DNA from: Planctomycetota bacterium
Lineage (GTDB): Bacteria > Planctomycetota > UBA8742 > UBA2392
Direction of reading: 5' to 3'
Assembly: GCA_003576915.1 (NCBI GenBank)
Contig: QEVF01000003.1
Coordinates: 113,737 to 177,736 of the forward strand
DNA: 64,000 bases
Part shown: positions 47,301 to 56,755 of the stretch, piece after piece
Layout: each line of letters starts with the position of its first letter
Position numbering within the stretch: the first letter of the stretch is position 1
Program-made: the position numbers and the translations under genes
The notes under the pieces: model-generated
Databases searched by the model: none
What the model saw: only the letters and a program-made list of their open reading frames with translations
Told to the model about the DNA's origin: nothing

Positions 47301-49405
47301 GAGGCACGATTGACAGCTCCGGGCGCTACACGCCGCCGACGACCGGTCAATCGGATTCCACCGTGGTGATACGCGCAACCAGCACCGTGGTTCCCTCCGT
47401 GTTCAACACGGCAACCATTGACCTCGACGGCATGGGCAACGTGGGCACCTTCCGCAGTGACATCTCCATGGCCCGCAGCGAACCTTCCGTGGCCTATGAC
47501 GCCTCAAACAACCGTGTCTTCGTCATGGGCGGTCTAAGCGAGATGAGCAACTCCACGGGCAAGCACGACGACCTGTGCTTCATCTACAACCCGGTGGGCG
47601 GCACGTTTACGACCCTGCCCCGCATCAACGCCGCACTGTCCACCAACACGATCAGCATGGTGTTTGACAACCCGCGCAAGCTGCTGTTCGCTTTCGTGGG
47701 CAACGGCACCAACAATGTGGGCGTCTTTTCGCTCGATACCCTGGCCGCTACTCCGGCGTGGACGGCCCTTTCGCCGGGCGGCAGCGGCGGGAACACGCCC
47801 AAGTTGAGCCAGACCTTCCGCTACCTCTGCTTCCACGATGAGCCCAGTAACGAAATCCGTGTCTGCGCGGGCGACACCATCTTCCGCCTCGACATTACGA
47901 CTCCCGCCGCGCCTACCTGGCTCACCCGCCAGACGAGCGTGACCGGCACCCCCAGCGCCCCCCAGACCGAAAAATGCGCTTACTACTACAACCCCGGCTC
48001 CGGCAAGCATTGCCTGGTGGGCACGTCCGGGACCAACACGGTCGTGTGGCAGCTCAACACGACTGTCAGCCCCTGGAACTGGGACTCCGTCACCACGCTG
48101 GGAACCGCGCCCACCGGCGGCCTCGATGACGCCAGTGCCGCCTTTGACGCGCCCAACAACCGCCTGCTGGTATTCGGCGGGCGCTCGCCCGGCGGCCTCT
48201 TCAGCAACGAGTTGCGCATCCTGGATTTCAATGTCGCTCCGCCCACCTGGGCTCTTCCGGCCATCGCCCTGGAGCGCACCCCGGACTCTCGCGGAGATGC
48301 CGCGCTGATTGTCGCCGGAAGCCAGCTTGTGATGTTCGGAGGCCGCAATCTGGTGGGCAACTTCGGCGATCTCTGGCAGTCAACGACGAATACTCTGAGC
48401 TGGCTGCAACCCAGCCCCACGGGCCTGGTGCCGCAGGGTCGGCGCAACGCCGCCTGTGTCTGGATCGAGTCCCTGAACTGGGGCTACGTTTACGGCGGCA
48501 TCTGCGACCATGGTGTCAGTGACGAACTCTGGCGCGTGCGCTTTGATGCTTTCGGAGCCGGCGTGCTCTGGGAGGTTGTCAATCCGTCTTCGAGCGCGGC
48601 AACTTTGCCCGGACAGCTTCAGGGCGCCTCGCTGGTGTTCAACGGAGCCACCAATCGCATCGTGCTGTTCGGCGGCAACAAGGCGTCCACGGGCCAAGGC
48701 CTGCTGCAGAACTCCGTCTACCAGTTCAATCCGACGACGCGCACCTGGGCGCTGGCCTCGGCCACGGGCACGCCCCCCACACCTCGCATGGGTCACTGTG
48801 CCTGCTTTGACGAAAGCAATGACCGCATGATCGTGTTCGGTGGCTATGACAACACGGCCAATCCGTACACGGGCAGCATCCACTACCTGAATCTGAGCGG
48901 CGCACCCGCCTGGGTCACGCCCACGGTGACCGGCAGCATTGACGGTCGTGCCGGGGCCTTCTGCGGCATCAGCGACGACAAGTCCCGCATGTACGTTCTG
49001 GGTGGCGCCACCCAGGCCGCGCAGGGCGGCACGCTGCAGCTCTATGAGTGGGTCTTCGGGGGCATAGCATCAGGCACTTGGACGGCCCTGGCCACCCATG
49101 CGCCCGCCACGCCCAAGGGCATCTTCCCCGGCGCCGGCGCCTTTGATCCCGACGGAGGCCGCTTCCTGACGGCGCCGCCGGCCCAGTTCGACAATCAGGC
49201 CTTGGTCTTCTGCAGCCCGGCCATCACTCCGCCCGCGGGCATCACCTGGCAATCGCTGACCATCGGAGGAGTCCAGCATGGCCTGGGCGCCTGCGGCATG
49301 TTCGACCCGGCCAACAAACGCTTCTACGCCATCGGCGGCGAGTATGACCTCGGCGCCGGCAAGACACGCAAGCTCAATCAGGTCCGCATCGTGAGGTTCG
49401 ACTAA
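44387..49405 (+). CDS. giant lipoprotein (1672 aa) with multiple Ig-like (BIG2-type) domains and C-terminal Kelch-type beta-propeller
   Basis: Lipobox LMAVLLAGCGPG. Repeated units of the form ...ATVLPAGASQSVNWSVVSGGGTIDSSGRYTPP. Kelch-like blades NRVFVMGG, NRLLVFGGR, NRIVLFGGN, DRMIVFGGYD, SRMYVLGG, KRFYAIGGEYD. Confidence 0.8.
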   Translation: MPTTRACLLSFAFGLMAVLLAGCGPGLLALAGGSGGGIFAFAGNKKDKDGGPAPSTNSPPVVVINSLTREDAPASINYTLIDANSDLCSVQVTWSRDGINFFPCTQGVGGDPVTFLNSGPSGSAKVFKWDYEIDLLTTELETGLHIAIVANDGAGPGPVASLGGLVAGNDAPVVNQTTSPQSPDVLVTGSLVLVTFNIRDSSADVAGMVVAFTLDQGQTFTELATGDFVGTPPTALLTTPLGAAGQFIWNSSVALPGFAGSDVYLALIPVDRPSGWTDFTVGDPVFVGPITLNNVQNGPPELTLVSSVAGDSFVGKVPLQFTLSDSGSDSAEVAVEYTIDGTNWLPARLTGQATTQPAGPFVCSPNPRLYSLEWNGLADLAAQGAKNVELRLTPVELGSSPAVYGTTIYTGTFSFADNEAPEVSDFEVYQNSGNISVRIQIKDSSSDEVSCAITATWNGGSSSVILSNSDFVVGNLGQMSSGVSGEDNILIWNSNIALPLTNAADVVWEITPTDNPQGFPAAALPGPTYFSASFSVINNPAAATPAGITLVEDNGRVTVNVSQTRNFTATILPAAAADHTVTWDIVEGGGNGSIVPVSSPLQGPQTALYTAPATLALSNPNFCTVRATSTVTGAVTATWRLYWGDAPSSVNVTPTPVDVVAGLTQQFTASVAPAGAPQQVNWSVVGGSANGTITQGGLYTAPTTLPAVKQINVRATSVDGAVFGSAVVNLKPSPVSLLVTESVGSSQGPSQVTLGQSLSLMATVNPPDAPQQVYWTIDWNGVNQGSGNSTVGFVNASGLYSSPSALPSPSQVFVRARSQVVSSVTDDYQINLVAPPPTSFQVSPATAIVTAGGAGVDFDAVNFVPANANQSVIWTINPVFGSIDSASGVYTPPPSAASSQNVTVTATSSVAGTVTATAVVTVNPSTGTLPSSLTISPNEGRTFVQGRVLIFTATVLPAGASQSVNWSVVSGGGTIDSSGRYTPPTTGQSDSTVVIRATSTVVPSVFNTATIDLDGMGNVGTFRSDISMARSEPSVAYDASNNRVFVMGGLSEMSNSTGKHDDLCFIYNPVGGTFTTLPRINAALSTNTISMVFDNPRKLLFAFVGNGTNNVGVFSLDTLAATPAWTALSPGGSGGNTPKLSQTFRYLCFHDEPSNEIRVCAGDTIFRLDITTPAAPTWLTRQTSVTGTPSAPQTEKCAYYYNPGSGKHCLVGTSGTNTVVWQLNTTVSPWNWDSVTTLGTAPTGGLDDASAAFDAPNNRLLVFGGRSPGGLFSNELRILDFNVAPPTWALPAIALERTPDSRGDAALIVAGSQLVMFGGRNLVGNFGDLWQSTTNTLSWLQPSPTGLVPQGRRNAACVWIESLNWGYVYGGICDHGVSDELWRVRFDAFGAGVLWEVVNPSSSAATLPGQLQGASLVFNGATNRIVLFGGNKASTGQGLLQNSVYQFNPTTRTWALASATGTPPTPRMGHCACFDESNDRMIVFGGYDNTANPYTGSIHYLNLSGAPAWVTPTVTGSIDGRAGAFCGISDDKSRMYVLGGATQAAQGGTLQLYEWVFGGIASGTWTALATHAPATPKGIFPGAGAFDPDGGRFLTAPPAQFDNQALVFCSPAITPPAGITWQSLTIGGVQHGLGACGMFDPANKRFYAIGGEYDLGAGKTRKLNQVRIVRFD

Positions 49406-49408
49406 GGC

Positions 49409-52400
49409 ATGGGCAACGCCGACCCGCTTGATGTCCTGTTCCTTTCCCGCGCCCAGGAGCGCCGGCTGCTGACTTCCGCCCAGGCCGCTTCCCTGCGCCA
49501 GGAGTTGGCCCTGCGCCGCCGCGTCGATCCTGACCTCGGTGTCCATGAACTTGCCGTCGAGCGCGGCTACATGGATGTCACCACCGCCATGCAGTTGCTC
49601 AACGCCAGGCCCAGCGACACGGTGGCCGACCTGAGGCAGCGTGCGGGCGAACCCACGGCGCTGGCGCCCGAGGATGAGCGCTTTGACGAAGTGCCTCGTC
49701 TGGTGGAGCCGCTGCCAAGCGGCATGCCTCCGAAGAAGGCGGGCCCGCGCAAGTCGAGCGACGAATCGCACCTGGAAATGGAGTTGCCCCCGCCAACGAG
49801 CCAGAGCGGCGATTCCCTGTTTGAGGATGGGTCAAACCCCGGTCTTGCGCCGCTGCCGGTGACGCCCAGGCCCGAGCCCATCCCCGAGTTGACGAGCTCG
49901 CCAGTGCTCGTGGAGCGTACCCCCAGCCAGTGGGATGATCTGGGTTCGACAAATCTGGGACTTGAAACCGCCAGCCAGGGACCCGCCCCGGGGGACCTCG
50001 CGCCTGAGGAGAATCTCGAGCCCATGCAGGTCAGCCCCCTGGCCGAGGATCAGCGCCTGGGCGGCAGCGGCGACACCCTGGTGGACTTTGACGAGTCGGC
50101 CAGCGAACTGGAGCCCCAGACCCAGTCCATGCCCGACCTCGCGCGCCAGCCCCTGCCCGCGATCGAGGACGAGCCCAAGGCTCCGCCGACGCCTTCCTCG
50201 GCACTCAACGACAGCGCTGTGCGTGACGTCATGCGCGACGCCGATGATGGCTATTTCGGTCAACCGGCCGATCTCACCCGGCCGGCCTTTTCCGACGCCG
50301 TGCTGGCGGGTGCAAAGATTGAGGAAGTCACGCTGTTTGACTCCGAAAAGGACGTGGCCAAGAGCGCCCCGGAAGACGATCCTTCGGCCACAGTGACCGA
50401 TTTCGGCAGGACGCGAGCGCCCGGCAGGAATTCCGTCCCGCCTGCATCCAAGTCGCCGTCGAAGGCGCCCGTGATCACGGAAGTCAAAGACGACTCCGAC
50501 GCGGATTTCGGCGTGACCCTGGCTGGTGACACAATCGCACCCACGGACCTCAAGACCGTCTACGATGACTCCGAGCCCGGCATCGACGATGAAGTCACGG
50601 GCGAAATCACCAACGAACCCAGCACCGGCTCGCGCACCAGCGGCATGAGCACGGCCATGGCGACGGGGGAAGTGGGCGGACGCAAGCGCAACAAGGTCGG
50701 CGTCGAGAGCAACATCACCGACGACCAGAACCTGGCGGGCGAACAGATCTCGGCCTCCCAGGTCACCCTGGCACAGATGCGTGAGAAGATGGGCCTGGGT
50801 GAAGGCGTGAAGATCGCCGATGGCCAGGACACCGCCATGCGCGTGGTCAAGCGCCTCAAGCAGGGCGGCGGTTCCTACAAGCGCTATACCGTGATCCGCG
50901 AAATCGCCCGAGGCGGCATGGGCAAGGTGCTGGAAGTCGAAGACAACGACCTGCGCCGCAGCGTCGCCCTCAAAGTGCTGCGAAAGGAAATGCTCGGACG
51001 CAAGGACCTCGTGGAGCGCTTCCTCGAAGAGGCCCAGATCACCGGCCAGCTCGAACACCCCAACATCGTGCCCGTGCATGAAATCGGCGTGGACGGGCGC
51101 GGCAACCTCTACTTCACCATGAAGCTGGTGGAGGGTGAGGAACTCAGCTCGGTGCTCAAGCGTCTGCGGCAGGGCGACGCCAATGCGGCGCGCAGCTATC
51201 CGCTTTCGCGGCTGGTGGAGATCTTCATCAAGCTGTGTGAAGGCCTGGCCTTTGCCCACTCGCGCGGCGTGATTCACCGCGACCTCAAGCCCGCCAACAT
51301 CATGGTGGGTCGCTTTGGCGAGGTGCAGATCATGGACTGGGGCGTGTCCAAGATTGTGGGCACGCGCGAGGAAACGGCCGAACGCACCGTGGCGAGCGAC
51401 CGGCGGGACGCCCACGCCGGGACCACCATGGTCGGCGCCATCCTCGGCACGCCCACCTACATGTCGCCCGAGCAGGCCCGCGGCGAAACCGACACGCTGG
51501 ACGTGCAGAGCGACATTTTCTCGCTGGGCGTGATCCTGTACGAGATCCTCTGCCTCAAGCTGCCCTGGACGGGCAAGAACTCCGAGGAAATCCTCGATCA
51601 GGTCCGCGAGTACGACCCCGAGCCGCCCTCGAGGCGCGCTCAGGACCGCGCCATTCCCCAGGAACTGGAACAGTTGGCCATGCGTTGCCTGAACAAGGAC
51701 CCGCGCGCCCGCATCCAGAGTACCCAGGACCTGATCGAAAACCTGCGCTCGTGGCAGGAAGGCAAAACGCTCTCGGCCGTCGAATACACCATGGGCCAGC
51801 TTGTCCGCAAATGGCTGGCGCGTCACCGCAAGGCCGTGTTTGCGGGTTCGGCCATCGTGCTCGCGCTCATAGGCGGCATCGTGGCCACGGTGGTCGTGCT
51901 GCGGCAGGCCCGCCTGGCCGATGTGCCCTTTAAGTTGAAGACCGGCGAAACACTGCTGGTCGAGGCGGCCACGGCAAGAGAGGCCGGGCAGTTCGCTGCC
52001 GCGTCCGACAAGGCCATCAAGGCTCAGAGCGAGTTTGAGGCGGTGCTCCAGCTCGTCGATGGCGACGAGCGCGCCCGCGAGGGACGCCAGAACGCCAGCC
52101 TCGAACAGGCCCGCGTGCAGGCCGCCCAGGAGCAGGCCGCGCGCGACGCAGCCCAGAAGGAAAAGGAAGCCGAGCGCCAGAAGAGCCTGGCCGACGCCCT
52201 GAAGAAGGCGCGGGCCAGTTGTGAATCCGCCGACCTCGCACTTAGGGAAGCTCAGGACCGCAACCGGCCGGCCGATGACACCATCCGCGGTCAGTACACC
52301 GCGGCGCTGCAGGACCTTCTGGCCGTTCTGGCCATTGACCCCGGCAACAAGGAAGCGGGCGACGAGAAGCTGCGCGTCGAAAAGTGGCTGGCGGACTACG

Positions 52401-53986
52401 AAGCCGGTCGAGAGCGCCACCGCCAGTTCAAAGACCTTGGCGACAAACTCGTCGAGCTGCGCGCCCGCGTGCAGGCCGCCCGGGCCCTGCTGGTCAAGGC
52501 TGACCAGTTCGATGCGGCCAAGAACCCCGTGCTCGAGGTGATCCGCCTCTCAGATCTGGCCCTGGCGGTGCCCCTCTCCGATGAGCAGGCGGCCAAGCTC
52601 AAGGCAGAAGCCGCGGGCGCCAAGGCGGACGTGACGCTGGAGTACGCCCGCCAGGCCCTCTCCCAGGAGCCGCCCAAGTTCGAGGTCTGCGACCTCATGC
52701 TCAGCATCGCCGAAATCACCGGCCAGCGCGCCGACCAGGTCAAGAAACTGCGCGCCGACTTCACAGAGAAGGAGGCCGCCTTCTCCGGCTTCCAGCGCCT
52801 GCTGAAGACGGCCGAAGACGCCGTGGGCTCCTCAAGCTGGACCATCGCCGTGGAGTACGTGGCCAAGGCCATGAAGGAAGCCGAGGCCAGCAAGTACGCC
52901 ACGGCGCGCGACAAGGCGCGGCTCGCCCAACTTTGGCAGTTTGCAAACCTCGAGGAAATCCACGCGCGCGAGGCGACAGCCACCACCAGTGATCAGGTGG
53001 AGGCCATTTTGGGTGCCTACGAGAAGCTCTATCGCGAGACGATCAAGGACCCCGACTACGTCCAGCGCGCTGAGGGTTACATCGCGGCTATCCGCTCGCG
53101 CCTGGGCGTCGTGCTGCTCGAGGAATCGCGCGGCGCCGAAGACGCGGTGGCCGTCGACTACCTCAAACGCGCCCTGATCTACCTGGTTGAAAAGGCGCAC
53201 CGCGCCGAGGCCCAGGGGCGCCTCGATGAAATCACGGCGCGCAAGGCCCTGGCCGACCTTTCGGATCGCCTGGTGATTCTGCCGCGCGGAAGCTTCATCG
53301 TGGGTTCTTTGCGCGACTCCGACAAGAACCGCCAGCGCACCGTGGAGCAGCAGAAGATTCTGTTCATGGATCGCGTGCCCGTTACCAACGCCGAGTACCT
53401 CAAGTTCGTCGCGGAGGACGGCTACAGCCAGCCCGGATTCTGGGACGAAGAAGCTCTGCCCCTGCTCAAGCACTTCGTGGACACGACGGGCAAACCGGGC
53501 CCCAAGGGCTGGGTCAAGGGCGGTTTTGACCCGAGCCAGGCCAACTTGCCGGTCACGGGTGTGAGCTGGTACGAAGCGCGCGCCTACGCCCGCTGGGCCA
53601 AAAAACGCCTGCCCACGCCCGACGAATGGGAAATCGCAGCCGGCGCCCCGAACGCCAACCAGCCCTCCGACCAGGGCGACTATCCCTTCGGCAAGCGCGA
53701 AGACGCTCCGCTCGTCGGCGTGCCGCGCCTGCGCGAAGTGGGCACGGCAGAATGGGCCAAGAACGCCCTGGGCGTGTACGACCTGGGCTGCAACTGTGCC
53801 GAGTGGACTGACGGCGCCTTCAGTCCCGGTCGTGCCGTGGTCAAGGGAGCTGAAACCGGCCTGAGGCCCGATCTGTTCCTGGGCTATGCCCGCCGCGCCA
53901 AGAACAGTTCGGCGCAACTGGCAGACCGTTCGTCGGGGCGCGGCTTCCGCTGCGTGCAGGAGTATCAGCCGAAGAAGGACGGGTAA
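49409..53986 (+). CDS. Ser/Thr protein kinase (1525 aa) with acidic disordered linker, TM helix and C-terminal FGE-sulfatase (formylglycine-generating enzyme-like) domain
   Basis: Kinase GxGxxG RGGMGKV, catalytic HRDLKPANIMV, DWG in place of DFG, APE-type SPEQ. TM AVFAGSAIVLALIGGIVATVVVL. FGE-like RGSFIVGS...VTNAEYLKFV...VTGVSWYEARAYARWAKKRLPTPDEWE...GVYDLGCNCAEWT. Confidence 0.85.
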   Translation: MGNADPLDVLFLSRAQERRLLTSAQAASLRQELALRRRVDPDLGVHELAVERGYMDVTTAMQLLNARPSDTVADLRQRAGEPTALAPEDERFDEVPRLVEPLPSGMPPKKAGPRKSSDESHLEMELPPPTSQSGDSLFEDGSNPGLAPLPVTPRPEPIPELTSSPVLVERTPSQWDDLGSTNLGLETASQGPAPGDLAPEENLEPMQVSPLAEDQRLGGSGDTLVDFDESASELEPQTQSMPDLARQPLPAIEDEPKAPPTPSSALNDSAVRDVMRDADDGYFGQPADLTRPAFSDAVLAGAKIEEVTLFDSEKDVAKSAPEDDPSATVTDFGRTRAPGRNSVPPASKSPSKAPVITEVKDDSDADFGVTLAGDTIAPTDLKTVYDDSEPGIDDEVTGEITNEPSTGSRTSGMSTAMATGEVGGRKRNKVGVESNITDDQNLAGEQISASQVTLAQMREKMGLGEGVKIADGQDTAMRVVKRLKQGGGSYKRYTVIREIARGGMGKVLEVEDNDLRRSVALKVLRKEMLGRKDLVERFLEEAQITGQLEHPNIVPVHEIGVDGRGNLYFTMKLVEGEELSSVLKRLRQGDANAARSYPLSRLVEIFIKLCEGLAFAHSRGVIHRDLKPANIMVGRFGEVQIMDWGVSKIVGTREETAERTVASDRRDAHAGTTMVGAILGTPTYMSPEQARGETDTLDVQSDIFSLGVILYEILCLKLPWTGKNSEEILDQVREYDPEPPSRRAQDRAIPQELEQLAMRCLNKDPRARIQSTQDLIENLRSWQEGKTLSAVEYTMGQLVRKWLARHRKAVFAGSAIVLALIGGIVATVVVLRQARLADVPFKLKTGETLLVEAATAREAGQFAAASDKAIKAQSEFEAVLQLVDGDERAREGRQNASLEQARVQAAQEQAARDAAQKEKEAERQKSLADALKKARASCESADLALREAQDRNRPADDTIRGQYTAALQDLLAVLAIDPGNKEAGDEKLRVEKWLADYEAGRERHRQFKDLGDKLVELRARVQAARALLVKADQFDAAKNPVLEVIRLSDLALAVPLSDEQAAKLKAEAAGAKADVTLEYARQALSQEPPKFEVCDLMLSIAEITGQRADQVKKLRADFTEKEAAFSGFQRLLKTAEDAVGSSSWTIAVEYVAKAMKEAEASKYATARDKARLAQLWQFANLEEIHAREATATTSDQVEAILGAYEKLYRETIKDPDYVQRAEGYIAAIRSRLGVVLLEESRGAEDAVAVDYLKRALIYLVEKAHRAEAQGRLDEITARKALADLSDRLVILPRGSFIVGSLRDSDKNRQRTVEQQKILFMDRVPVTNAEYLKFVAEDGYSQPGFWDEEALPLLKHFVDTTGKPGPKGWVKGGFDPSQANLPVTGVSWYEARAYARWAKKRLPTPDEWEIAAGAPNANQPSDQGDYPFGKREDAPLVGVPRLREVGTAEWAKNALGVYDLGCNCAEWTDGAFSPGRAVVKGAETGLRPDLFLGYARRAKNSSAQLADRSSGRGFRCVQEYQPKKDG

Positions 53987-55803
53987 TGAGGAACTGGACT
54001 TCGCCCCGGGAGCCATCGGGGGCGTCAGGTGGCACATACATGGAACCAGCCCGAACACAGCGGACCGCTTCAGCGTTGCCTGGCTTCAAGGGTGGCCCGC
54101 CCAGGGGGCTCTTGGGCCCTTGCCACATCTCAACACAGGCAGCTGCCGGCGGGCGCGTTGCCCGATCCGTCGCGCTTTGGGTGCTGATGGTCGTGGCGCT
54201 TGCCTGCACGGCCTGTTCGACCATCGAGACGCCCAACCTCGAGGAGGACGTCAAGAACGAGAAGATCGTGCCCGCGGGCTGGCAGCCCCTGGGCCTGCGC
54301 GTCGGTCTTGCTCCCTGTGTGCTGGAGCTGGAGCTCAATCCTGAAAAGACCAATGTTGAAGACACCAAGCGCTGGGTGCTCGCCCCTACGCCTGAGCAGC
54401 TCAACGGGCAGGCGGGCATCCACAAACGCCTGCTTGATGTGCTGGTGAAGTACCGCATGTTCGAGCGTATCGAGCCCCTGGAAGGCGCCCGCCCCAACTC
54501 CACGCCTGAAGAGCTGCGCCGCCTCGCCCTCGCGCAGGGGCTGGATGTCGTCATGCAGCCTTCCGTGCGCCGCCACGACGTCGGCTACATCGAGAGCAAC
54601 GGCGCCTACGCCTGGAACATGTTCATCTGGTGGATGATGAGCCCCGTCTTCACGTGGTGGATCGCGGATGAGGACTTTGACGTCAACGTGCACATCGACC
54701 TGCGACTCTTCCCCACCTCCACGGGCAATCTCGCCTTGGGCAAGCGCCTGGCGCCCAAGGAGACCCTGGTGCGCAGCCTTGACGACTTCGATCACGGCTT
54801 CAACGCCCTCTCCATCTTCAGCACCCCCGGCTACATGGGCGAAAGCAACTGGGTCAAGGTCGGATCCAAAATGATCCCCATCGGCGAGTGTGCCGCGCAC
54901 AAACAGGCCCTGCGCTTCGTCACGCAGGACCTCGCCCGCAAACTCGAAGATCCCGATTTTCTGGGCGACTTGCGCCGCCGCGCCGGGGTCATTGTCGGCG
55001 TGGACTCGCAGGGCCGGCCCGGCCTGCCCATGACGCGCTATGCCGAGGCCGATGCCGTGGCACTTTCTCGCTTTGCCCTCTCGGCCACGCGCCGGCCCTT
55101 GACGGAGGGCGCCGTCACCACACTCACGGGCGCTGCCGCCACACGCGCCGCCGTGATTGAGGCCATCGGCAAGGTCACGCCTCTGGCGCGCGGCAACGAT
55201 GAGTTCTTCCTCATGTTCTGCGGCACAGGCACCTTGACCCAGGACGGCCGCCTGGGCGTGGCTTTGGCCCAGCCGCCGGTCACGGCGGCCGATACGCCAC
55301 TCGAAATCACGCCCCTGATCGAGCTGGTGGACGCCGCTCTGGAAGAGCGTCCCCGCACCCTGGTGCTGTATCTGGATTGTTCTTTTCTGGCGCGGGGAGA
55401 TTCGCGCTGCGCCGTGACGGACGCACTCCTGGCCAAGTTGCCGGCGAGGGCGGAGAATGAGAAACCACGATCGTTGCTGGCCCCGATCTTCCAGCTCTGC
55501 GCCGAGCGTGGAACGCGCCTGGTTTTGCTGAGCGCCACGGGCGCGCAGGTGGGCCTGCCGGCGGCGGAGCGCGCCCTGGAAATGGAGGAACTCGGCAGCG
55601 GCCTGTTCACGGCCTATGTGCTGGAGGCGCTGTCGGGCAAGGCCGACGCGAACAAGGACCGTGATGTCAGCGTCGATGAACTCACGGCTTATGTTCAGGC
55701 CAAGGTCGGCCAGATCGCGGATCTGGAGGGGGTCCACCAGAAGCCCTTCATTTACACCGACGACGACCGCAAATCCTACGAGCTCCCAAGCGGCAAGAAG
55801 TAG
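53986..55803 (+). CDS. membrane-anchored caspase-like (peptidase C14-fold) domain protein, probable pseudo-protease
   Basis: ATG overlaps the kinase stop (TAATG). Hydrophobic anchor VALWVLMVVALACTAC. Caspase-fold blocks GVIVGVDSQ, DEFFLMFCGTGT (His replaced), LVLYLDCSF, and the distal GSGLFTAYVLEALSGKADANKDRDVSVDELTAYVQAKV. Confidence 0.55.
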   Translation: MRNWTSPREPSGASGGTYMEPARTQRTASALPGFKGGPPRGLLGPCHISTQAAAGGRVARSVALWVLMVVALACTACSTIETPNLEEDVKNEKIVPAGWQPLGLRVGLAPCVLELELNPEKTNVEDTKRWVLAPTPEQLNGQAGIHKRLLDVLVKYRMFERIEPLEGARPNSTPEELRRLALAQGLDVVMQPSVRRHDVGYIESNGAYAWNMFIWWMMSPVFTWWIADEDFDVNVHIDLRLFPTSTGNLALGKRLAPKETLVRSLDDFDHGFNALSIFSTPGYMGESNWVKVGSKMIPIGECAAHKQALRFVTQDLARKLEDPDFLGDLRRRAGVIVGVDSQGRPGLPMTRYAEADAVALSRFALSATRRPLTEGAVTTLTGAAATRAAVIEAIGKVTPLARGNDEFFLMFCGTGTLTQDGRLGVALAQPPVTAADTPLEITPLIELVDAALEERPRTLVLYLDCSFLARGDSRCAVTDALLAKLPARAENEKPRSLLAPIFQLCAERGTRLVLLSATGAQVGLPAAERALEMEELGSGLFTAYVLEALSGKADANKDRDVSVDELTAYVQAKVGQIADLEGVHQKPFIYTDDDRKSYELPSGKK

Positions 55804-55828
55804 GCCCCGGGGAAAACTTTTCCGTCGA

Positions 55829-55863
55829 GGCGCACCGGATTTCCCGGTGCGCCGTCCTTTTTC
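55829..55863 (+). terminator. Rho-independent terminator after the kinase/caspase-like operon
   Basis: ggcgcaccgg-atttc-ccggtgcgcc followed by gtcctttttc. Confidence 0.65.
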
Positions 55864-55927
55864 ATGGGGCAGGCGCCATTGGCACGGCGGCTGCTTCCCC
55901 CTCCAGCGTCAGATTGCGGAGAGGGCC

Positions 55928-56740
55928 ATGCTCCACGGAATCGGGGTTTCCTGCACCGGCGCACACGTCGAGATGGCGCGCCTTGAAAACCTCTCCAACA
56001 ACCTCGCCAACCTGCGCACACCGGGCTTCCGTCAGGACCTGCTCAGCTTCATGCAGCGCCCGCCCGCCAGTCTCGCCCACGACAGTGGCCCCGATGCGCT
56101 GGATCACGGGCACAGCCTGCTCGACCTTCAGGGCGGCGGTGTGCAGCTGGCGCAAAGCCGCGTGGACCTGCGCCAGGGCGCCCTGGAGACCACGGGCAAC
56201 GAACTCGACTTTGCGCTCAACGGGCGCGGCTACTTCGTGCTCGAACATGCGCGCCACGGCCGCGTCTATTCGCGTGCGGGCGCCTTCACCCAGGACAAGG
56301 ACGGCTTTCTGGTCAGCCGCGACGGCCAGAGCTTCGTGCTGGATCAAGAGGGCAGGCGCCTGAACCTGCGTGAGCTGGGGCGGGCACTGGGCGTCTCCGG
56401 AGCGCGCCTTGAGGTCAGCGAGGACGGCAGCCTGGCCGTGAGCGGAAACGGGGGCACAGCGCTCACGGGGCGCCGGCTGGGTCTGGCCGATTTCAGCGAG
56501 CAGGACGAAGCCCGTCTCGCAAAGCTGGGGCACACGCTCTTGACGGGTCAAGGGGCGCGGCCGGCATTGGCCGCGCGCGTGAAGCAGGGCGCGCTCGAAA
56601 TGAGCACGAGCGACGCGACCTTGCTCATGGCCGAGATGGTGAACGTGAGCCGCGCGTTTGAAGCGAACATGAAGCTGCTCAAGCTTCAGGACCAGACCCT
56701 GGGCGAATTGATCAACAACGCGGGCCAGCAGCCCGCCTGA
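55928..56740 (+). CDS. flgF: flagellar basal-body rod protein FlgF
   Basis: N-terminal rod motif LSNNLANLRTPGFRQD and C-terminal rod motif ATLLMAEMVNVSRAFEANMKLL. Precedes flgG. Confidence 0.75.
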   Translation: MLHGIGVSCTGAHVEMARLENLSNNLANLRTPGFRQDLLSFMQRPPASLAHDSGPDALDHGHSLLDLQGGGVQLAQSRVDLRQGALETTGNELDFALNGRGYFVLEHARHGRVYSRAGAFTQDKDGFLVSRDGQSFVLDQEGRRLNLRELGRALGVSGARLEVSEDGSLAVSGNGGTALTGRRLGLADFSEQDEARLAKLGHTLLTGQGARPALAARVKQGALEMSTSDATLLMAEMVNVSRAFEANMKLLKLQDQTLGELINNAGQQPA

Positions 56741-56755
56741 TATCGGGAGAGCAAC

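Noticed and set aside
49832-55737. 862-, 408- and 535-aa minus-strand ORFs
   Set aside because: Antisense to the kinase and caspase-like genes. They have high-GC antisense composition and no domains.
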